Positions 1-7,749 of a DNA stretch of 13,168 bases are shown in pieces (the stretch's first letter is position 1; the number at the start of each line of letters is the position of its first letter). Made by a program: the position numbers and the translations under genes. The notes beneath the pieces are model-generated. The model was not told where the DNA came from, did not search any database, and saw only the letters and a list, made by a program, of their open reading frames with translations. Source of the stretch: Pseudomonadota bacterium (GTDB taxonomy: Bacteria > Bdellovibrionota_G > JALEGL01 > DATDPG01); assembly GCA_043804515.1 (NCBI GenBank), contig JAZDIZ010000053.1, positions 1-13,168 on the forward strand, given 5' to 3'.

Positions 1-839
1 TGGAGCGACGCCTTCCGGCGGCTCCAAAAGAACCGGGCGGCAATGCTCGGCGCATTTGTGATGCTTCTTCTCTTTCTGGCCTCCTTTCTGGGGCCTTGGA
101 TCATCCGGGCGGTCTGGGGGTACACGTACGATGCGCAGAACTTGGCGTACGGAGCCAAACCTCCCACCTGGACGCACTGGTTCGGAACGGATTTTTACGG
201 ACGGGACGTTTTGACGCGCGTCATGTACGGCGGCCAGATCAGTTTGACGGTCGGGATCCTGGCAGCGCTCGTGGCGGCCACGGTCGGAACCGTGTACGGG
301 GCGCTGGCGGGCTATATGGGCGGCCGCGCCGACGGTCTTATGATGAGGGCCGTGGATATCCTCTATTCCCTTCCCTACATGTTCATCGTGATCGTCCTGG
401 TCACGCTGTTCGGTAAAGACATCCGGCTTCTCTTCCTGGCGTTGGGGTTCGTCGGGTGGCTCATGATGGCCCGGATCGTGCGGGGGCAAGTCATGAGCTT
501 GAAAGAAAGGGACTTCGTCCTGGCCGCGCGAAGCGTGGGGGTGCGCACACCGGCCATTCTCTTCCGGCATCTCATCCGGAACACGCTCGGCCCGATCGTC
601 GTGTATTTCACGCTCACGGTTCCCGCGATGATCCTCCAAGAGGCGTTTCTCTCCTTTCTCGGCCTGGGAGTTCAGGCGCCGCGGCCCAGCCTGGGTGCGC
701 TCATCAACGACGGGGCGGCCCAAATGGTGATTTTCTGGTGGCAGCTCGTGTTCCCGGGCGTCGTCATGGCCCTTCTTCTTCTCTCGTTGAACTTTCTGGG
801 GGACGGACTGCGCGACGCGCTGGATCCGCAGACGAAGAC

Positions 840-843
<4 letters not shown>
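1..843 (+). CDS. oppC: Oligopeptide/dipeptide ABC transporter permease, OppC/DppC type (5'-truncated by the window edge)
   Basis: Frame is open from base 1 (WSDAFRRLQKNRAAM..., the OppC N-terminal motif), so the real start lies upstream of the window rather than at 43. Contains HWFGTDFYGRDV, an EAA-like loop (ERDFVLAARSVG), and EAFLSFLGLG and NFLGDGLRDALDP, with several hydrophobic TM segments. Confidence 0.95.
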
Positions 844-1816
<973 letters not shown>

Positions 1817-1820
<4 letters not shown>

Positions 1821-2845
1821 ACGGGAACGGCGCATTCCTCTCGGTGCGGGATTTGTCCGTCCATTTTCCCGTGACACGCGGGCTTTGGGTTCGAAAGCGG
1901 ATCGGCGTGATCCGCGCCGTCGACGGGGTCTCGTTCGATGTCCAAGGGGGAGAAACGCTGGGGATCGTAGGAGAGAGCGGGTGCGGAAAATCCACGCTCG
2001 GCCGCGCGCTTCTGCAGCTGGCGCGGCCGACGTCCGGCAGCGTCCTCTTTAAAGGGCGGGAGCTGACGGACCTGTGGAGCGAACGCTGGGGGGGAGGCTG
2101 GAGCTGGGGGAGGGAGCTACGGGATCTTCGGAAAAAAATGCAGATGATTTTCCAGGACCCGTACGCGAGCCTGAATCCCCGCATGACGGCGGAGGCGATC
2201 GTCGGCGAACCCCTGGAGGCGTTCCGCATGTCCCGCGGGGCCGCGTTGCGCGCACGAGTCGCGGATCTTATGGCGAAGGTAGGCCTGGACCCCCGTTTTG
2301 CAGGGCGCTATCCGCACGAATTTTCGGGCGGCCAGAGACAGCGGATCGGAATCGCCCGCGCTTTGGCTCTCCAACCGGAACTGATCGTGGCGGACGAGCC
2401 GATCAGCGCCCTCGACGTGTCGATCCAGGCGCAAATTCTCAACCTGCTGAAGGAACTTCAGAGGCAACTCGGCCTCACGTTGATCTTCATCTCCCACGAT
2501 CTGGCCGCGATCCGGCACGTCAGCGACCGCATCGCGGTCATGTACCTGGGCAAGGTGGTCGAGCTGGGGGATTCGGAATCGGTGTGCGAGTGTCCGCTTC
2601 ATCCGTACACGAAAGCCCTTCTCTCGGCGGCCCCGATTCCCGATCCGGCGCTGGAAAAATCCCGATCGCACGTCCGGCTCTCGGGCGAAGTTCCAAGCTT
2701 GCTTCATCCCCCGTCCGGCTGCCCGTTCCACCCACGATGTCCCGAACGGATCGAGCGCTGCTCGTCCGTCGTACCGTCTCTGGATCCGATGCCCGACGGC
2801 CGCCAAGTCGCATGCATCGTCGCCACGGGAAAACAGCAGCCCTAG
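1817..2845 (+). CDS. oppF: Oligopeptide ABC transporter ATP-binding protein, OppF/DppF type (342 aa)
   Basis: GTG at 1817 overlaps the oppD stop (GTGA), with GGGAGG at 1801-1806 upstream. GESGCGKST, MIFQDPYASLNP, FSGGQRQR, ADEPISALDVSIQAQ, ISHDL, HPYT, GCPFHPRC...C...C. Confidence 0.95.
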
Positions 2846-2981
2846 CTCGAGTCATTCACAAGGAACCCCGCATGTTTTCTTTTTTTTTCGCCCTCAGCGA
2901 AGCCGCTCGATCAACCGGGTGAAACGAACGGGGTGTCAGATCCCTCGTTAGGAGACTTCACGCGCCATCGAAACACTTCCA

Positions 2982-3105
2982 GCGGGGGTGGACCAGTGCC
3001 GGAGCGGAGGTCAGGCGCAGGATCGCCGGGGTGGGCACACCCAACAGTGGGTGTCCACCGGGATGCGACCCGTGCCACGGTGCGACGGCAATGGGCCCCC
3101 CCCGC
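2982..3105. repeat. ~124-nt imperfect palindrome / structured intergenic element between convergent genes
   Basis: Arms GCGGGGGTGGACCAGTGCCG (2982-3001) and CGGCAATGGGCCCCCCCCGC (3086-3105) are complementary at 17/20 positions. Central hairpin ACACCCA-acag-TGGGTGT (3037-3054) is extended by GGTGG/CCACC. Side hairpins GGCG/CGCC (3014-3027) and CCGT/ACGG (3070-3080). Confidence 0.6.
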
Positions 3106-3136
3106 CCAAATCCATTTAGCTGGTGATTAATCTGAG

Positions 3137-3766
3137 TTAAGGCAACCGGCAGCACTTGGGGATCTCGTTGCGGACGATGTCGAGCGCCTGGCGCGTCTTT
3201 TCCATGAAATCCGCCGTGCTGCTGATGATGAACCGGCGCGGATGCCCCTCCCAGATCTGTTCGATCCTTCGATCGAGTGCGAGAGCCTCCTGCGGCGTCT
3301 CGATCCGGATAGGGTTGTCGGCGTTGTAGCCGGAGTGCTCCAGCGGCGTCCGAAGATGGATCACGACGCTGTACCTTTTGAATTCCTTTTCGCGGGTGCT
3401 TTCAACGTCCCGCCAGAAATGGTCCTCCGAGTCGGGCCAATACGCCAGGCCATCCAGCGTGCCGCGGTCACAGAGCGCGAGGGCATGGTGCGCCTCCTCC
3501 GCAACCAGCCATTCCAGCTGCTGGGCCACGCGGAAGATCGAACGTTGGACGGCTTTCACTGCCGTGGGGGTCGGTTTGCGGATGAACCCGCCGCTGTACA
3601 CGATGCTCGCGGCCTCCGGGAGGACGGCCACGTGGTGGCAAAACGTGCGTTTGGCCACATCCAGAATCGCGGTCTTTCCGGCGCCCGGACCGCCTGTGAA
3701 CACGATCGACTTACATTCATGGCTGGACCGCCCGCAGCCGCAACTGAACGTTCCCTCGTGGCTCAT
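3137..3766 (-). CDS. P-loop NTPase, AAA_28 / NadR-Ttd14-like nucleoside/nucleotide-kinase-fold protein (209 aa)
   Basis: IVFTGGPGAGKT Walker A, VLPEAA, LCDRGTLDGLAYW, and R.E..EA...D..I...W..H motifs typical of this family. Preferred start is the ATG at 3766 with AGAAGG upstream; the ORF-track start at 3832 adds a non-conserved-looking extension. Confidence 0.8.
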   Translation of the reverse strand: MSHEGTFSCGCGRSSHECKSIVFTGGPGAGKTAILDVAKRTFCHHVAVLPEAASIVYSGGFIRKPTPTAVKAVQRSIFRVAQQLEWLVAEEAHHALALCDRGTLDGLAYWPDSEDHFWRDVESTREKEFKRYSVVIHLRTPLEHSGYNADNPIRIETPQEALALDRRIEQIWEGHPRRFIISSTADFMEKTRQALDIVRNEIPKCCRLP

Positions 3767-3837
3767 GGCGTGCCTTCTTATCTCTTTTCCACATGAAGTC
3801 GAGTGTTTGAAAAAAAACGGGCCTCGTGCCATTCAAC

Positions 3838-3866
3838 TTACGTTTTCGCCTGAAATAACATAGACT
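3838..3866 (+). promoter_or_regulatory. Possible sigma70-type promoter for tamB-omp85 (TTACGT-17-TAGACT)
   Basis: Lies in the AT-richer 110-bp divergent intergenic gap; the -10-like TAGACT (3861-3866) is 10 nt before the TTG start, which has no clear Shine-Dalgarno. Motif match only. Confidence 0.3.
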
Positions 3867-3876
3867 TATTCCCGCA

Positions 3877-6800
3877 TTGAAGCGCCAGAAGCTCGTATTT
3901 ATTGTCCTCTCGACGCTTTTCGCATTGACCGTGGTTTTGGTCATTGCCTGGAGGCCTGCGCTGAACCGGACGCTTCGCCGTATCTTCATTTCGGAGGCGA
4001 GCCGCCGGCTGAATGCCCAGGTGTCGCTGAGCGAATTCCGTGTCTCTCTGCTGCCGCCGCGGATCGTGATCGAGGGATTGGAAGTAAAAAGGGAAAAGGG
4101 GCCCTTGCTGTACATCGGTGTCCGGCGCGCGTCGATCACCGCGGGTACGGCGCCGATTTTCACCGGCAAACTGCTTCTGAGCCGCGTCGAGATTGATGAA
4201 CCATCGCTTCGGATCGATCTCAGTTTTCCGGAGGAAGAACCATCGAAGCCTAAGCAACGAAAGTTCCAATTTCCCAGCCTGACCGGGAAGCTCCCGATGC
4301 AAGTGGACGAAGTGGACGTGCGGGGCGCCAACTTGAACGTGAGGCTGCCCGGCGAGGACGTGAGGCTCAGCGTTTCGTCCGGAAACGCTTCGTTTCACGG
4401 TGGCGCGGGACGAGAGGCATGGACCTGGAATGGAGGAGGCTCGCTCAAGCACGGGGACAAGACGCTCGCCCTGGATGCCGTGGAGATCCGGGCCTCGCGG
4501 AGCGGCTCGACCGTGGATCTCGAAAAATTCGTCCTTCGCACCGCCGGCGTGACGGCCACGGTCGAGGGAAAGGCGTATCCGGCGGCCGACCTTCGGTACC
4601 GCGTGGACGGCGATCTTACCGCGATTGCGCAGGCGCTCCGGGGGTTGGATCTCTGGCGTTCGGAAAGAGAGGTCGTAGGCAACCTTCGGAGCGGCGGGCG
4701 CTTGACCGGTCCTTGGAACGATTTCAGGTTTTCGGGGGACCTTTCCGTCGAGCATTTCCGAATCGATCGGCGCCCCCTGCCGTCCGCCTCCTTTTCGTTC
4801 CGCGCGACGCCGCGCTATGTGGAGTATGTCCGGGGGACCATTTCGATGGAACGGGGCGGGGAAGTGCGCGTCTCCTTGGGTGCGATGAAGCCGCGTCAGC
4901 CCACAAGCTATGAGGTCGCTGCGGACAAACTCGTTCTGGAGGACCTCTTCCGGATGATCAGCCCCGAACGCGATCCTCCCCTGACCGGCACTGTGAGCGG
5001 AACAGCCGGTGGGTCGTTCACGACAAATCCTCTCGACTTGAAGGGGAACTACGTGTTCCGGACGCCGCGTCTCTCGGTTCGAGTCGCGCAGAATGTCCGC
5101 ACGTACCTTCCGCTGGAATTCCGTTCCGTCGAAACCGCGGGAAGGATTTCTTACAGGAAGGAAGGAGGATTTGCGCTGGAGGCGGGAGAGGTCAAGTCCG
5201 AGGGAATCCGAGGCGTATATCGTTTCGGTTTTCAGGGGAAAGGCGAAGCCGAGGCGGAATGGAACGCCAATGTGTCCGATGTCGGGGGAGCATTCGAAAA
5301 GACGTATCCCATTTCGGGGGACGGAACCGTAACGGGCGGCATGAAGGCTCGACAAGGCGTTGTCCGGGTGGAGTTGGTTCTCCGGCTCGCCAACCTGGGA
5401 TATGGCTTACACGGACCCCTGCCGTTAAAAGGGAGCATCGTATTTAAACGCCACGTTGTGTCCCTGGAGGGATTCGAATTGGGAGCGGAGGACCGGGGGC
5501 CGTACCTGGCGATGAGCGGCGTTTTTCCATCGGGTTCGGATACCCCCTTGAACCTTGAGGCGGATCTCAAAACCTTCGATATCGGTTGGGTGGCCGCCGT
5601 GATTTCGAGGCGATTTCCGGTAACGGCACCGGTTGCGGGCGCCGGAAACGCCGATATCCGGCTGGCGGGACCCGGTGACCGGCTCCACGGCTCGATGCGG
5701 TTGGCCTCGAAAACCCTCAGCTTCCGACGCTTCCCGTTGACGGATGTGGACGTGCTTTGTGATGTGGAGGAGGGCCAGTTCATCTTTCAAAAGGGCAAGG
5801 TCAGCGGGGAGGGCAGTTCGGCGAGCTTGAATGGTGTCGTCGGCCCGACGGGGTTCCGAGGCTTCAGCGTCCGTTCGGTGAAGGTGCCGTTGTCCGTGTT
5901 GGGCGTTCCGAATCTGCTTCTGCCGCTTGCGGCGAACGTGGACGGTTTGTTCACGCTGAACGGCGTCACGCATGATCCGGACGTGGATGCCTCCGCAGTC
6001 GGCTTCGTTCCCAAGGAGGGGGAAGGGTTCGAGAAGACGGCGGAGGGGAGAGCCCAAGGAAAGCTTTCCGATCTGGCTTGGTCCCTGGACGTGAAATCGG
6101 GAACATTGAAAGGGGAGGGGCGGCTAGGCCTGGCGCCGTCAGGGGCCTTCGACGGGAAGGGGGTGATCGCGGGATTCGCGCTCACTCCGTGGATCCGGGA
6201 AGGGACGCAATCCTCGGTCAACGGGGAGTGGAAGGTCTCGGGCCGTTGGGGGAATTGGAAGAGCTGGAACGGCCGTTTGGCGGTTTCCACCGCGTCGCTT
6301 TCAAGAGGGGATTGGAACGTCGCGCTTTCCTCTCCTGTCGAAATCGGCCTTCGGGAAGGGAAGCTTCACACGGAGGGTGCCGGGTTGAAGGGAACCGCGA
6401 CGGACCTGACATTGAAAGGGGATCTCGGGCTGGATGGGGAGGTTCGCGCGGAACTGAACGGCCGACTCTCCCTTGCGCTTCTCGCGTTGTTGCACGCCGG
6501 CGTCACGCGGGCGGACGGAAATGCGCAAGTCGCCGCTCTTGTAACGGGGAAACTTCCCGGCCCGCGAATGACCGGAACCTTCTCGCTGAGCGGAGGGCTC
6601 CTGCAATTTCGGAATTTCCCTCAGACGGTCGACAACATCTCGCTCAAAGGTTCGCTGGATCAGCAAAGACTCTTCATCGATGAGCTGAATGCGAATCTGG
6701 GAGAAGGGTCTCTGAAAGGGCGTGGAACGCTGACGCTCGGTGGAAGCCTTGAGGCGACCACGGTTCTGATCGAAGGGGATTCCCGACGCCTTCGTCTCCG

Positions 6801-7749
6801 CTATCCCGCCTGGATTTCCTCCGTCGTCTCCGGTCCCTGGTCGCTTTCGGGGCCGGTGGCTCACCCCCGTCTTCGGGTGGACTTCCTGGTTCATGAAGCC
6901 GTCTACAGGGACAATTGGGACTGGCAAAGCAAGATTCTGACGTTCGGACGGCATCCGAAAATCGCACGCGCCACCCGACCGGAAGAGGAGCATCTCCTTC
7001 TCGACCTAAGGTTTCGCTCGGAGGGGAACAGTCTTGCCGTCCGGAACAACCTGGCGACTGCAGCCATGCACGGGGATCTGCGGGTCGTGGGGTCGGACCA
7101 GAACATGGGCCTTCTGGGAAAGATCGAGCTTGCGGAGGGAACGGTGACGTTTCTGGACAACGTGTTCAATGTCGCCAACGGCTACGTAAGCTTCGAGAGC
7201 GAACGGTCGATCCGGACCATCTTCGACGTGACGGCCAAGACGCGGGTCAAGGATGTGGAGATTTCCCTCAACATCCGCACGCAACGAGAGGAAGTCGTGG
7301 CCTTTCTTTCGAGCCAGCCGCAGAAGGAGGAGACCGACCTCGTGGCTCTTTTGACCCTGGGCGTGGACGTGCAGCAGCTTTACAGCGGCGGCCCCAATCA
7401 GAGCATCTCCACGGTCGTAGCGCCCGCGGTCCTGACGGCTCCGTTGCAAGGGCGCCTGGAAAGCGGCTTGAAGCGGGCCCATTTGATCGATACGTTCCAA
7501 TTTGTCCCGTATTTTTCCGACGTTTCGAAAACGACCGGCCTGAAGATGGTCGTGGGGAAGGATCTTTTCCCGCGGGTCCGGGCGCTCTACTCGACGGACA
7601 TTCTGGACTTCACGGCGGACAACAACATCAAGTTGGAGCAGCAGATCAACCGGCACATCTCGCTGCAGCAAGGCGTGGACGACAGCCCGGACAACGTGCA
7701 CACCCGGTTTGATGTGGGATTCGACGTGGAGTTCAAGTTTGACTTTTAA
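3877..7749 (+). CDS. tamB: Translocation and assembly module TamB / AsmA-like protein (1290 aa)
   Basis: N-terminal membrane anchor (KLVFIVLSTLFALTVVLVIAW), long Gly-rich beta-strand repeats, a C-terminal DUF490-like region (GDLRVVG...LLGKIELAEG...LSSQP..EETDLVALLTLG) and an alternating terminal strand (VGFDVEFKFDF). Adjacent to an Omp85 gene. TTG start. Confidence 0.88.
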   Translation: MKRQKLVFIVLSTLFALTVVLVIAWRPALNRTLRRIFISEASRRLNAQVSLSEFRVSLLPPRIVIEGLEVKREKGPLLYIGVRRASITAGTAPIFTGKLLLSRVEIDEPSLRIDLSFPEEEPSKPKQRKFQFPSLTGKLPMQVDEVDVRGANLNVRLPGEDVRLSVSSGNASFHGGAGREAWTWNGGGSLKHGDKTLALDAVEIRASRSGSTVDLEKFVLRTAGVTATVEGKAYPAADLRYRVDGDLTAIAQALRGLDLWRSEREVVGNLRSGGRLTGPWNDFRFSGDLSVEHFRIDRRPLPSASFSFRATPRYVEYVRGTISMERGGEVRVSLGAMKPRQPTSYEVAADKLVLEDLFRMISPERDPPLTGTVSGTAGGSFTTNPLDLKGNYVFRTPRLSVRVAQNVRTYLPLEFRSVETAGRISYRKEGGFALEAGEVKSEGIRGVYRFGFQGKGEAEAEWNANVSDVGGAFEKTYPISGDGTVTGGMKARQGVVRVELVLRLANLGYGLHGPLPLKGSIVFKRHVVSLEGFELGAEDRGPYLAMSGVFPSGSDTPLNLEADLKTFDIGWVAAVISRRFPVTAPVAGAGNADIRLAGPGDRLHGSMRLASKTLSFRRFPLTDVDVLCDVEEGQFIFQKGKVSGEGSSASLNGVVGPTGFRGFSVRSVKVPLSVLGVPNLLLPLAANVDGLFTLNGVTHDPDVDASAVGFVPKEGEGFEKTAEGRAQGKLSDLAWSLDVKSGTLKGEGRLGLAPSGAFDGKGVIAGFALTPWIREGTQSSVNGEWKVSGRWGNWKSWNGRLAVSTASLSRGDWNVALSSPVEIGLREGKLHTEGAGLKGTATDLTLKGDLGLDGEVRAELNGRLSLALLALLHAGVTRADGNAQVAALVTGKLPGPRMTGTFSLSGGLLQFRNFPQTVDNISLKGSLDQQRLFIDELNANLGEGSLKGRGTLTLGGSLEATTVLIEGDSRRLRLRYPAWISSVVSGPWSLSGPVAHPRLRVDFLVHEAVYRDNWDWQSKILTFGRHPKIARATRPEEEHLLLDLRFRSEGNSLAVRNNLATAAMHGDLRVVGSDQNMGLLGKIELAEGTVTFLDNVFNVANGYVSFESERSIRTIFDVTAKTRVKDVEISLNIRTQREEVVAFLSSQPQKEETDLVALLTLGVDVQQLYSGGPNQSISTVVAPAVLTAPLQGRLESGLKRAHLIDTFQFVPYFSDVSKTTGLKMVVGKDLFPRVRALYSTDILDFTADNNIKLEQQINRHISLQQGVDDSPDNVHTRFDVGFDVEFKFDF

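Noticed and set aside
2982..3105. SRP (4.5S) RNA, tRNA, attC site or retron ncRNA as the identity of the palindrome
   Set aside because: AGGTCAGG and the GGGCCCCC end superficially recall 4.5S RNA, but the GNRA-loop/AGCAG core is absent. No T-loop or CCA, no RYYYAAC/GTTRRRY ends, and no integrase or reverse transcriptase in the window.
2933..3155. Two 65-aa ORFs in the oppF-AAA intergenic region
   Set aside because: No well-placed RBS or protein-like features; the region is better explained by its palindromic structure.
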